From positions 36,926 through 100,925 of the forward strand of contig CAVQAZ010000007.1 in assembly GCA_963710595.1 (NCBI GenBank): DNA of 64,000 nucleotides. The letters are read 5' to 3'. The notes below the pieces were generated by a model, which was not told where the DNA came from, did not search any database, and was given only the letters and a program-made list of their open reading frames with translations. The position numbers were made by a program, and so were the translations under genes. This DNA is from an uncultured Gammaproteobacteria bacterium (lineage in GTDB: Bacteria; Pseudomonadota; Gammaproteobacteria; Steroidobacterales; Steroidobacteraceae). Positions 45,970 through 57,500 of this stretch are shown here, in pieces. Position 1 is the stretch's first letter. The number at the start of each line of letters is the position of its first letter.

Positions 45970-48900
45970 TCACATGGAGCCGATCATGTTGATGAATGCA
46001 CCCTCGTGCCGGAAGCTGAGGTCGGTCAGATCCTCGGAAAAATCCGTGAAGTTGTAGCCGAGCCCGACCTTCACGTGCTTGCCGAAGTAGCGGTACATCG
46101 CGACCAGCGCGCCGCTGCGTTGCTCGTTCAAGTCCGTCATGTCGAGCATCCGGCCTTCGAGCAACCCTTCCCAGTCGTCCGCGAATTGCAGGTCAGTGCG
46201 CAAAATGTAGAGCTGCGCCCGGTTGTCGAAGAATTGTTCGTTCTCGCGATCGAGGCTCAATTGCCCCAGGCGGTAGGCGTACTTGCCGCCCACCGACCAG
46301 CTGTCGGTCAGGTCGTAGGTGAGATCGAGCGCGGCGACGTGGCTCTTCTGGACGAACTGAGCCAGCGTGTTCTGCGGCGTCACCTGTTCGGTCGTCGGCA
46401 CGTTGTAGAAGTACGTGTACTTGGCCAGCGCATTGATTCGATCGTTTGCGACCGGGCGATAGCCGTAGCCAAGCACCGCTTCGGAGTAGCCGCCATCGTA
46501 GAACTGCCCCAGCGAGCTGTCGCTCATGGCGTGATTGAGCTTGCCGACCACCCGCCAATCCGGCGTCAGCTGGAATTTGAAGCTGTTCCTGAACAGCCAT
46601 GTGGCGCGTTCTGAGCTGGTAGCGTCGGGCTGTGCAGTCTTGTCGAGCCGATATTCCACGGCGCTCGACAGCTGCATCGCCTCGAAGCCGTAGCCCACGC
46701 GCACCCCGGCTGCCTCGCGGTCGATCTCCGCGCCGGTCTCATCATCGGTCAGCGTACCGATATCGGTGTTCGCTCCTAAATTCCAGCGCTCGTTCGGCGC
46801 CAGCGTCATGCCGGTAGCATGCGTCAGGCCGGACATGGAGTCCGTCTGCTGATAGCGCTCCTCGACGAACACGCTGCTCGCATCCGACAGGCGGCGCTTC
46901 ATGCCCGAGATGAGGTTACCTCTGCGACCGCCGCGCAGCCCGTTGTCCGTGCGCTCGTTCTCCAGTGCGTAGTTCAGATACAGGCTGGTGCGCTCTGAGT
47001 ACAAGAAGCTCGTGCCGAGCCGTCCGCCGGCGCCGAGATCGCCATCAGAAATTTCAGCGTCCATGCGGAAGCGTTCGCTGAGGCGATAGGAACCGCCGGT
47101 GCCGAAGCGTCCGTTGTCGGAACGTTCGCCCGTCTTGGACAAGGTATCCTGCGCAAATGCATAGGCGCGCCACGACGCACCGGAATCATATGCAAGCTGC
47201 ACCACGCCGTCGGTGCGCTCGCCCTGTTCGCGGTTCACCGGCATAAACGCACCTGTGTACTCTCGCTCATCCTTCCTTACTCCGGTGCTCGTGCTCCAGT
47301 GTTCGGTGAATCGGTAGCCGAGGTCCAACTCTTGCGCCTCCGAGAACAGACCTTGATCCTGTTCGCGCTTATCGGCCTTGGCTCGCAGGTCCAATCTCTC
47401 GAACAGCTGCATTCTGAGCGTGCCGCCGGAGTGCTCGACATCGGTGAGTGTGCCAAGGCCGGGCGCCGAGTAGCCGGCACCCAGCGTCTGCGTGTAAAGC
47501 GTCAGTTGACCCGGCAACCACTCGACGACGTCCTTCAGGCCGACGCTCATGTCGGCGCGGTATGCATCGGCGCTCGCCGCGGTAAAGTCGGTCGTGTCCG
47601 GATTGACGAAATCAAAGCCGCCATCATTCGAATACAACGCGCTCGAGACCAGGCCTTCACTGCGGCCACCTTGCACCTTGAACCAGGAGTCGGCACTCAG
47701 GCGAACGGTCAAATCCGCGCCATCCAAGCTGCTGTCGACATCACCTTCTTCATTCCCATTGGTGGTGAGACCAAGCTTGACGTAATCGTTCACCCAGACG
47801 TGCGCCTGCCCGCCGCTCGCCAGCGAGTCGATCTCATCGAAGCCGGGCGTATATTCGTAGCGGACCACGAGATATGCCAGGTCGCCGCTGAGCGCGCCAC
47901 TGCGCACCAGCAGGTTGTCATCGACAGTCGACGACAATGGCTCACTGAGCACGACGCGGCCTTGCAGGTAGTCGATGTCATAGTCGAGGACCGGGCGCAG
48001 ATTCACGACCCCCGTGACCAGTCCCGAATCCTTGTCGCGCAACTCCACACGCAAACGTTCCGAGCCGACCAGGATGTCCTGGTTGCGCAGGAAATACAGC
48101 GAGCCGCCGGTTCCCCTGAATTCCTCGCGGCTCGCCAACGTACCGGGCTCTGCGGCGAAGCCATCGATCGACAGGCGTTGCTCGCCGAAGCTCGTGCTCG
48201 ACTCCGACTGGTAATGAAGGTTACCGCCGTACAGGCCGCGATCGACGTGCGCCAGCTCGTTGTCCGCATAGTTGATCTTGAAGTTGCCCCACATCGCGTG
48301 GCTTTCGTCGTGCGCCAGCTTTACGTAGAGCTTGCCGAGCGTCGGCGCGACTTCCTCAACAACGGAGTCGTCGCCGAATGTCGGGTAGTGATAGTCCGGA
48401 TCGATGCGGCGGAACAGCGAATCGGGCGACTTGTTGAGGAAGTTGCTGAACAGCTCATCGACCGGGCCTTCGCGTGTGTCGGCGCTCGCGCTCAGGCGCC
48501 AGTGCTCGTTGATCTTGCCGTTCACGTAGAACGCCAGGCGCCCGTCCAGTGACGAATCGTACTGATACGGCGCGTTCTCACCCTGTAGCAAGTCGGCTGG
48601 ACCGGTGGTGTTACTGCTCGAAGCCGTCAGGTCCGCGATACCGACGTAGAACCAGTCATTACGCTGGAACTCCAGGTCGCGCAGGAACATCGCACCGTTG
48701 CCTTCCTGATCGAGCACCGCCACTTCGACGGTGTGCATGCCGCTAGGGAGAATCTCCTCTGCGAGAAAGTTGCCCTGCGGGTCCACGGGCACGGGCCGGC
48801 CGGCGACCCATACGCTGTGATGCGCCGGAATGCCCCCGCCGCGAACTTTGATCGTGCCGCTGCCCAAGGGAATATTGTGAAGAGCCAAGCCGGTCGCGCC

Positions 48901-51549
48901 GTAGCTGGCAAGCAGTTCGTTCGGCGCCTGCGCCGGAGGTGCTTGAGGCGACAAGTCGGTACCGGTGCCGTCGTCCAGTACCAGCCACAATGGCTGCGGA
49001 CTGGTCTCGTCGAAGTTGCCGGCCTTGTCGTAGGCGCGCAGCACGTACATGAGTTCGTGCATCGGCGCTATGGTGTGCTCCGCCGTAGGCTCCCACTCGG
49101 CGAAACCTGCCGAATCGATCGGCAGCACCTTCATCGGCGCCGCTTGCGTCGACTGGTCAGCCTGGAAGATCCGCACTTCCGATCGATTTATGAACGCGGA
49201 GTAGTTCGCGTACATGCTGAAGCGCACCGGCGTGCCGAACAGGCGGGGCGCGTGCAACTGCGGTTCGGGCGACTGGATACTTTCATCCGGCGGTGTCTGC
49301 ACCAACGCACGCTCCGCATCGGTCAGAGGCACAGGTTGAGCTTCACCGGCGTCCTCGCACTCACCCTCATTCAACGCGAGCTCTGCTTCGGGGAGAGGTG
49401 AAAGAGTTCTTACCCTCTCCCCTTGGGAGAGGGCAGGGTGAGGGGATTCTTCAGCCGCTTCGGCATCACCGAGCGTCCCCTCACCCGCGCTGCGCGCGAC
49501 CTCTCCCACGGGGAGAGGTGAAGACTCTGCCCCCTCACCCGCGCTGCGCGCGACCTCTCCCACAGGGAGAGGTGAAGACTCTGCCCCCTCACCCGCGCTG
49601 CGCGCGACCTCTCCCACAGGGAGAGGTGAAGACTCTGCCCCCTCACCCGCGCTGCGCGCGACCTCTCCCACAAGGAGAGGTGAAGACTCTGCCCCCTCTC
49701 CCTTTGGGAGAGGGCTGGGGTGAGGGGATTCTTCAGCCACGTCGATTTCGGACATCGCCACAGTGGCCGGCCAGGCAGACACGCTCAGACGCGGCGTCGA
49801 CTGCAAGTTGTCGAACTGGAACTCGATGTCGGCGCGCTCCAGCGCAACGTCGGTGCAACGCTGGATGTCCGCCGAGCTCCTGCCCGGATCGTCGATCGGC
49901 TCGCCGTCAACCGTGATGCGCATCAGGTTCAATCCGAACGGATTCTTCGGCTTGAGCTCGCGCGTAATGCGAGTGATATCGACGCCCTCATAGTCGTCCA
50001 GCACGGCGGGTTCGTCGTACACGACCTGCACGACAATGTGAGAAGTGCCTTCCTGGGTGAAACCTTCGTTCACGACGTCGTTCGACTGCACATAGCCGCG
50101 ACCCTCATGCTCCGCTTGCGACGGCGCGAGGTTCATTTGCTCGGCGATGGTCTGTAATGCCCTTCGGGCACGAGCGGCGGCCAGACCGATGTCGTCGCCG
50201 TAAACCGTTGCCGTGCGGCGATCCAGGCGCTCGTTCTTCGTGTAACCGATGAAGCGCAGCCTGACATTGGTCTTGCCGGAGATATCCGTCATCGCACGGC
50301 GCAGCTGTTGCGTGTAGTCGCCGGGAATGACGGCACGACCGCCCTGCTCCAGCTGCAACGGCGCGATCGGTCCCCAAGATGGATCGTAAACTTTGGTCAC
50401 AACCTCACTGCCCGGCGCGTCCGGACACAGCCCGGGCTCATCTGGCAGTTCCTGCAGTGGATCGTCGTGCCAGAACTCCACTTCGACGCGGCGATTCAGC
50501 GCTCGCCCCTGTGCGGTGTCGTTGGTGGCCAGCGGCGCGCCCGCTCCACGGCCATCGCTGACGACACTCGCCGACGGCAGGGCAAGCGCTTCTTGAACAG
50601 CCAAAGCGACGCGATGCGCACGCGCCTTGGACAGCGCCAGATGAGTACCGTAAATGCGTTCATTGCGCCCCACCAGCGGCACGTTGTCCGTATGGCCGGT
50701 GAGCTTGATCGTGACGTTCTGCTTTTCCTTCAGGTTGTCCATCGCCTGCCGGACGTTCTCGATGAAGGCGGCCGGCACCTCGCCCGAGGCATCCTCGTAA
50801 CGCAGCGGTTGGACCAGATTGCGGATGCGTGCGCGTCGTGAGTGGCCTTCCTTGAAGCGCATCTTGCAAACCGTCTCCATGCGGCAGACCTTGAAGCGCT
50901 TGAGTTCGTGCTTGACGAGCACTTCGTCATCGATGCTCGCCTGCTTGACCTCGTCGTACCAGACCTCCACTTCGACGCGGCGATTCAAGGCTCGGCCGTC
51001 CGCTGTGGCGTTGGTAGCAATGGGCCGCGCCGTGCCGACCCACTCGTACGAGATCGATTCAGCCGGCAGGTTGAGTCGTGTCTGCAAATACTCTGCGACT
51101 TCACCCGCACGTTCGCGCGCCAGTCCGGCATTATCGCCATAGACGAGCGCCAGCGAATCGGACAGTGGCTGATCGTCGGCATGTCCAACGAGATGCAGCC
51201 GCACGTTGCGCCGGTCGCTGAGCTCATCAAGCGTCTTGCGCAGCGAGTCGACATACGTCTGCGGAATATCCGCGACACCCGAATCGAATCTGATTGGCGG
51301 CACGACGTTCGCGAGCTTCACGGTCTCGATCCGCTCGGTCGCGATCTGGCGCACTTCCAACTTGTCACCCGCCTCGCTCTCCAGCAGCTGCGGATCGTGC
51401 GCCCACGGTTTGAGCGGTTCATCGGGCGGCAAGTGCCGCTCTACCGTCTCACCTGGCGTGAATTCCTCCACGGACTGAGCGTGTGCCGCGAGCACCAGCA
51501 GCGTACTCGTCAACAGCAGTATGTAACGTTGCTTCAACATTCCGTTCAC
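45970..51549 (-). CDS. Large envelope protein: three OmpA-like domains plus C-terminal beta-barrel (1859 aa)
   Basis: Signal peptide; OmpA-like segments with LARERA...NRRVEV, LSKARA...NRRVEV and degenerate LAAARA; alternating beta-strand C-terminus. Overlaps the upstream stop (GTGA); alternative ATG at 51540. Confidence 0.85.
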   Translation of the reverse strand: MNGMLKQRYILLLTSTLLVLAAHAQSVEEFTPGETVERHLPPDEPLKPWAHDPQLLESEAGDKLEVRQIATERIETVKLANVVPPIRFDSGVADIPQTYVDSLRKTLDELSDRRNVRLHLVGHADDQPLSDSLALVYGDNAGLARERAGEVAEYLQTRLNLPAESISYEWVGTARPIATNATADGRALNRRVEVEVWYDEVKQASIDDEVLVKHELKRFKVCRMETVCKMRFKEGHSRRARIRNLVQPLRYEDASGEVPAAFIENVRQAMDNLKEKQNVTIKLTGHTDNVPLVGRNERIYGTHLALSKARAHRVALAVQEALALPSASVVSDGRGAGAPLATNDTAQGRALNRRVEVEFWHDDPLQELPDEPGLCPDAPGSEVVTKVYDPSWGPIAPLQLEQGGRAVIPGDYTQQLRRAMTDISGKTNVRLRFIGYTKNERLDRRTATVYGDDIGLAAARARRALQTIAEQMNLAPSQAEHEGRGYVQSNDVVNEGFTQEGTSHIVVQVVYDEPAVLDDYEGVDITRITRELKPKNPFGLNLMRITVDGEPIDDPGRSSADIQRCTDVALERADIEFQFDNLQSTPRLSVSAWPATVAMSEIDVAEESPHPSPLPKGEGAESSPLLVGEVARSAGEGAESSPLPVGEVARSAGEGAESSPLPVGEVARSAGEGAESSPLPVGEVARSAGEGTLGDAEAAEESPHPALSQGERVRTLSPLPEAELALNEGECEDAGEAQPVPLTDAERALVQTPPDESIQSPEPQLHAPRLFGTPVRFSMYANYSAFINRSEVRIFQADQSTQAAPMKVLPIDSAGFAEWEPTAEHTIAPMHELMYVLRAYDKAGNFDETSPQPLWLVLDDGTGTDLSPQAPPAQAPNELLASYGATGLALHNIPLGSGTIKVRGGGIPAHHSVWVAGRPVPVDPQGNFLAEEILPSGMHTVEVAVLDQEGNGAMFLRDLEFQRNDWFYVGIADLTASSSNTTGPADLLQGENAPYQYDSSLDGRLAFYVNGKINEHWRLSASADTREGPVDELFSNFLNKSPDSLFRRIDPDYHYPTFGDDSVVEEVAPTLGKLYVKLAHDESHAMWGNFKINYADNELAHVDRGLYGGNLHYQSESSTSFGEQRLSIDGFAAEPGTLASREEFRGTGGSLYFLRNQDILVGSERLRVELRDKDSGLVTGVVNLRPVLDYDIDYLQGRVVLSEPLSSTVDDNLLVRSGALSGDLAYLVVRYEYTPGFDEIDSLASGGQAHVWVNDYVKLGLTTNGNEEGDVDSSLDGADLTVRLSADSWFKVQGGRSEGLVSSALYSNDGGFDFVNPDTTDFTAASADAYRADMSVGLKDVVEWLPGQLTLYTQTLGAGYSAPGLGTLTDVEHSGGTLRMQLFERLDLRAKADKREQDQGLFSEAQELDLGYRFTEHWSTSTGVRKDEREYTGAFMPVNREQGERTDGVVQLAYDSGASWRAYAFAQDTLSKTGERSDNGRFGTGGSYRLSERFRMDAEISDGDLGAGGRLGTSFLYSERTSLYLNYALENERTDNGLRGGRRGNLISGMKRRLSDASSVFVEERYQQTDSMSGLTHATGMTLAPNERWNLGANTDIGTLTDDETGAEIDREAAGVRVGYGFEAMQLSSAVEYRLDKTAQPDATSSERATWLFRNSFKFQLTPDWRVVGKLNHAMSDSSLGQFYDGGYSEAVLGYGYRPVANDRINALAKYTYFYNVPTTEQVTPQNTLAQFVQKSHVAALDLTYDLTDSWSVGGKYAYRLGQLSLDRENEQFFDNRAQLYILRTDLQFADDWEGLLEGRMLDMTDLNEQRSGALVAMYRYFGKHVKVGLGYNFTDFSEDLTDLSFRHEGAFINMIGSM
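49388..49737. repeat. In-frame array of palindromic REP-like elements: four 54-bp tandem units (49477-49692) plus inverted flanking copies
   Basis: Unit CCCCTCACCCGCGCTGCGCGCGACCTCTCCCACAGGGAGAGGTGAAGACTCTGC at 49477, 49531, 49585 and 49639. Related CCCTCTCCC-N3-4-GGGAGAGGG-N-GGGTGAGGGG copies at about 49413 and 49694. Confidence 0.9.
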
Positions 51550-54500
51550 TCGCTCTTTGGCAAGCGCTGAGTGGTGGCTCGCTGCGGCAGATCCTGCGCT
51601 CCTGCGCTTGCTGCACTGGGGCTCCTGCCCAGCGGCGCGCCGAGTCGCCAGAACACTTCAGGCTCGATGGTCAGCGGGTAGCTCAAACGTAACGTCGCCG
51701 AGGAGCGCATGATTTCCGCCTTGACGGCGTTCATGCGCTGCTCAACCAACTGCTCGTCCTCAACGTCTGCCAGATATGACAGGCGCAATACCGCCGGCGC
51801 CTTCTGCAGCTCGTTCAGCAACAGTTGCAGCCGCGGCTGCCATTGCTCGCGGATTTGTGTCGTGCCCGGCTCGAACACGGCATCTGCAAGGTCCAGCCCG
51901 ATCACACGGTGAATCGATGCGCCGAAGTTGAACTTCAGCGCCTTACCACGCGTCGCACGTTTCACCAGGACCTGATCCGTCGATGGCCGATAGCCGCTGG
52001 GCAGCGTCCTGTCATCCAGCTTCAACACGAAATTGCTGCCGCGGCCTTCAAGGGGAATGGCGGCACAAGTGATGTGATATCGCCCATGGGCGTCGGTGGT
52101 GGCCATGAGGCCGCGCGCTGTCGCGACGCGCACGCCGGCGATGCCGACTTCGCCAGCATCCTGATGACCGTTGCGGTTGGCGTCGTCGAACACCTTGCCG
52201 GTGATGTCGGTGCAATCGAAGGTTGGATCCGGCACCACACGCACGGTCGCCGATGCCTCGTTCGACAGCGCTCTGCCGGTGAGCATGTGCACCGCTTGCA
52301 CGCGATTCACGAACTCACCCTCGCTGACACCCGCGCCCACCGCGAGCAGGACCAGCATCGTGTGACTTTCGGCACGGTCGACTGACAGGTCGTTCCAGGT
52401 GAGCTCGCGGCCAGCAACCGCAGGCTCCACCGGCAAGTTGTCGATACGCGCGGAACCTTCGACATAGCGGAGGCCCGCCGGGATGCGATCCACGACGCTC
52501 ACATCGAACAGCGGTACCTCGGTGACGTTCTTGTATGTGATGACGTAAGGCACCAGCTGACCGCGTGTCACGTTGAGCAGCGGTGTCGTCTTGGAGATCG
52601 CCAGCGCGCCTTGCAGGTCCGGATCGACCGGGACGTGATTGTTGAAGATCTGGCTTGAACCCGGCGCCAGGCTGTCGTCCAGCGTCAGGTTCACGTAATA
52701 CTTCGTGCCTGCGCTTCGCGCACGCTCCGTCAGCGGCGGCGCGAATTCCGATACCTGCACTTCGCAGTGCTCGGCCGTGGCGGACGCCGCGTCATCAACG
52801 CTACCGGGACACGTCGCCACCGCAAACGGGCTCGTTCCGGACCCAGTGGTCGGCGGAATAATCTGCGAGTACGTGCCGATGAAACCCGCCGGCGGCGGCG
52901 TCACATCGAGGATGTAGTTACCTCGGCTCGGACACGCCGGGTCCGAGAAATTCAGGTCGAAGCGGTAATAGCCGTCTACCAGCGTGACCTGGCTCTGCTG
53001 CGCCGGATCGTCGAAACAACTCGCTGGCAGCGCAGCGCGAGTCGCCTCGCTCAGCATGCGCAAAGTGACATTCGAGACCGCACCGCGCGAGACGGAGTTG
53101 TATGCGACGCCGTTCGGCGCAATCGGCAAGTTCAGATCCTGCAGGTTGCTGCCGTAGTCGACGATCACGTCATAAATGCGTTGCAGATCGTTGCTGAAAG
53201 CAGAGTACGCCCGGCCCAGCTTCGCGGTGTTCGCGCCGGCATCGCGCGCGGTGAAGCGCACTTCGTAACGATCGCCCGATGCGTAGTTCGGCGGGATGCC
53301 GCCGATCCGATACACGCCATTGATATCCGTCTGCACGAAGCGGATCACACGGTCATTACGCAGCAGCTCGACGGTCCAACCTTCGAGCACGCGCTCGTTG
53401 GCCTCCAACGTCCTGTTGAAATTGGCATCGTGCCACGCCTTGCCGTTGACCACGCCGACACCGGGCATACCACCGACGTCGAGAGAAATGCTCGCGGCGG
53501 CGGTGCGCGGCGGGTTGTTCCACGTCACCGTTCCGGTGTTCGTGATCCTGGTGCCGTCGAACAGACTCGAATTGATGACGGCGCGGAAGCGCAGCACTAT
53601 CGATTGGCGCGGCTGCAACGGACCATACGAGGTCGAATAGTCAGCCGTGATGATGTTGCCAGCGACGGCCACGCCCGTTGCGGCGCCGTTCAGCGTCGCC
53701 GAGTTCGGCACCAATGTGAGATAGCCCGGCGTCGCCATGTCGAGGTCATCCCTGATAACGACATACAGAGCCGGCAGCAGCGAGATGTTGTTCACGCGCA
53801 CAACGTATTCGAGAGTTGCGCCCGGAGCGGCCGGCCCGCCGCCGACGACGGCGACTTCCTTCGTGATCGTGAGCTGTTGAGTGTTGCCGACGACGACAAC
53901 CGTCGGCTCGGGTCCGGTCGATGGATTGCCGTCGCCGTCGGTCAAGACACTCGGCAGCTCCGCCGTCCGCACCACAGCCTGGTTGCGGATGATGGTCCCG
54001 GATGCGGTACCGTCATTAACGCGCAGATCGAACTGCACGACCGCCGACGAATTCGGCGAGAGCGTGCCTTCACCGGCCGTGGGCAACGGCGGCGTACGGT
54101 CAGCGGAGCTGACATACACGCCGGCGGCGAGCGGCGAAGAACCACCGTCGGGCTGACCAACCGGCAGGTTGTTGAGCAACGTCGAGTTGGCGACGTATGT
54201 CGTAAACGGCGGCACATTATCGATCAACCGCACGTCGGTCGCCGGAATCGCACCCGTGTTGTAGATCGTGATCGTGTACCGCAGCGTATCGCCCGGATCG
54301 ACCACCCCTGGCGAGCCCAGGTCGACCGCGAGTGCAACCCTCTTGTCAGCGAACAACAGCGGCGCGTTGCCGATCACATCGCGCGTCGGATCGTTGACGA
54401 TCGGCGTGCGCGGGTCGTCGGACGGATAGTCCACGATGCCGACGCTCACCGCGCTCACGAATGCCTGGTTGGAGATCACAGTGCCGTCGGGAAGATCCGG

Positions 54501-57500
54501 ATACGTCGTCACGTCGAACGTGAGGGTCGCGACATTGCCCGGCGTAGCGGTGGCGTCCGCACGCATCCGGCCGGGGGTTGTATCTTCCGGCGCGTACACT
54601 GCGATGCCATCCACCAGCGGCGAATTGCCCTGTGCGCCATCAGGTAATGGCGCGCCATTGATGGTCGTGCTGCCGGCGACGTAGCGAGTGTTCGCTGGAA
54701 TCTGATCGCGGACCGCGACATCGACCGCGTTATCGGTACCGATGTTCTTGATCGTGATCGAGTAACGCACAGCTTCGCCAGCCAGGAGCACCGACGGACT
54801 CGCACCCAGATATCGGCTGGTCTTGAGGACGCGGAACTTCGGCGCGGATGTGATCTGCACGCGAGTCGGATCCTCGTCACCGATCACCAGCGGATCGGGC
54901 ACCGCATTGAGAGTTGGGTCGTCGCTGCGCGCGACCTCGGTGTTGCTCAAGAGCACTTGCGCCTGGTTGGCAACGTAGCTGTTGTTGGCCAGCACCGGCG
55001 CCAGCCTGACTTCGTACTCGATGACGACGAACGTGTTGATGCCGCCCAGGCTCAGATTACGAATGTCCACCAGGCCCGAGCCGCCCGCGCCGCCGGACGG
55101 ATTCGTACTGGCAACATCCGCGCCGGCTGGGACCGCGGTCAACCGCAATGAGCCGGAGACGAATGAGGGTGTTGTGTTCAGGCGGCCGAGTTCATCGCGC
55201 AGCGTGAAGCCCGGCACCGGATCGGCGACGAGATTCTCGATGCGAATCCGGTAGCGCAGCGTGTCGCCCGGCGTCGCCAGCCTGCCTGGGTCCTGGCCGG
55301 TCGTGACGTTGATCACCGTCTTGTCGAAGCGGAGCACGGGCAAGTCGGCCGTCACCGTGTACGCATCCTGATGATCCAGCACGCCCGGCGTGCCATTGGT
55401 CAGCGTACGGGTGTACGTGCGTACCTCATCGGCATAGGTTGCATTCGACCGGTCAGCGCTGAACCACTCGGTGGCGGCAACGAGATTCGTCAGCGTCGCG
55501 TTACGTTCGCTGTCGTTGTCGAGGTAAGCCTGATATCGGACGATCAGCCGATGGTTCGGCTCGATCGCAGCGGCCGGCGTCAGCATCCGGATGTACAGCA
55601 CGCACTCGGGCGCGGCCATGAACGTCGCCGAGAAGTCTGTCCCCTCGACGAGGGCCGGTCCAACCACGGTCGTGCCGTCTGCCTGGTACATCTGCGCCGA
55701 GAATCCTGTCGGAGGGATCTCGCACATGCCGCTAGTTGGTGTGTTCGGCAACCTGTCGGTGAGCGTGAGATCCCACGCACGGCCCGTGCCCGTGTTGTGA
55801 ACGTTGAGCGAGAACATTCCGGGCAGGCCAAGCGTCAACCTCGGCGGGCCGCTCTTTTGTACCATCAACGTATCCGGACCGACAATCGTCATCGGCTGCG
55901 TTGTGCCGGCCTGGCCGAGGCGCTGGCTTGCATTGTTATTGTTGATGCGATTGAACAGATAGTTCGCAGTGTTGGTGAACTGCAGGCCCGAGACGTTGGT
56001 CGCGGTGTCCAGCAGTTGGACTGCGATCTCCAGCTCGATCTGTTCGTTCGCCGGGATGTCGATGCCGACACCGGCGGTCGGGTCTTCGATCACCAGATTC
56101 GTGGCCGTGCCGGTGTTCTGCGGCGTCCACGGCTGGGAGCCGGAGATCTTCGTCACGCTGATGAAGCGCATATCCGCGGCGGACGCGGTCAAATCGTCGG
56201 TGACGCGCACGTCGTAGAGCGCGTACGGATAGACAACCGATGGCACTGCGACGCGATAACGAAACACCTCGCCCACCGCAGCAGTCGGCTGCGTGTTGGT
56301 CTTTGCGAGCGCTTGCGGCGGTGGTGCCGGAGTTCCGTTGCCAATCGCGATCGCCGGGCCGAAACAATAGTCATTAGGCGCGGTGATCGTCGGACAGCCC
56401 GCGCCCGTACGCTCGAACGTGCTCGCGCCCTGCAGCGAGGTCCAATCGGTGTAAACGCGGTTCGCGATAGCTGTCCCCGTGTCCGGAGGCGCCAGCACTA
56501 CGACGCGATATGTCAGTTCTAGAAATGCGCCCGCTGGCAGATCGAGGCTCAGGTCGCCGTTACTGCGTCCCCACAACAATGGCCCGGCCGGCGCACCGGC
56601 TGGCACACCGACAAAGCCTGGGACCGGCACCGTGTTGATCGCTGCGGTCGGCGTGTAGTCGCCGCTCAGTCCCAACTCGATCGGCATCGTGTCCACGATG
56701 TTGACGTCATAGGCAGTAGCGCCGCCGGCGTTGGTGATCGTAACGACGTATTGCACGATGTCGCCCAGTGCCAGCGGGTCGGTTGGGTTCTTGCCTGCCG
56801 TGACGTTGCTCAACTCCTTGGTGGCCGTCAGTACCGGCTCGCGCACCGTGATCGGATCGGCAACGTAGTTGATCGTTTGCGGAGTGCCGCTCTCGCCATT
56901 GCGATACGTGACGTCCACGGAGTTGCGCAACACGTCGTTTGCATCCGTCACGAGATCGTTGTTGATGCGCGCAAAATAGTTGATGCGAATCGCCGGTGCA
57001 ATCGCACTCGTCGCTCGATCGTTTTCCGATGTCGTGACGACTCGGCCGATCGCCCATACAGCCGTGTTCGTCGCGCCGTCGGCGGGCACCGCGGTGAATG
57101 CAGCTTCGGCAGGCGCTTGCCCATTGACACTGGCGACGCCGACGAATTCATAGGTGATATCGAAATTGGCATTGTTGGCGAGCACATAGCTCACGGCGCC
57201 GACGTTGAGGTTGTCCGCGACGGACAGGTTCTCGGTCACGCCCTCAGGAAGATTGATCACGATCTGGAACGGCTTGTGCGTGCCGATCTCGGGCGCAAGC
57301 GCCGGATTGCGATCCGTCTTGGTGACGGTGAGTGCTGGAACCGTGACGGACGCGCTCGCTTGCGCTTCGTAGTCGTTGAGCGTATCGCCCGCGTTCGGCA
57401 GAGCGCCGTTGCGCATACCGTTCACAGCGCCGTCCGTGCCGATCTGGCCGGTCGTGTTGAGCGCGGTATTACGGCCGGGCAATGAGGTCCACGCCGCGTA

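Noticed and set aside
49477-49692. Regularly spaced palindromes as a CRISPR array
   Set aside because: The intervening sequences are identical rather than unique spacers, the unit is a multiple of 3 inside an open CDS, and there are no cas genes or leader.
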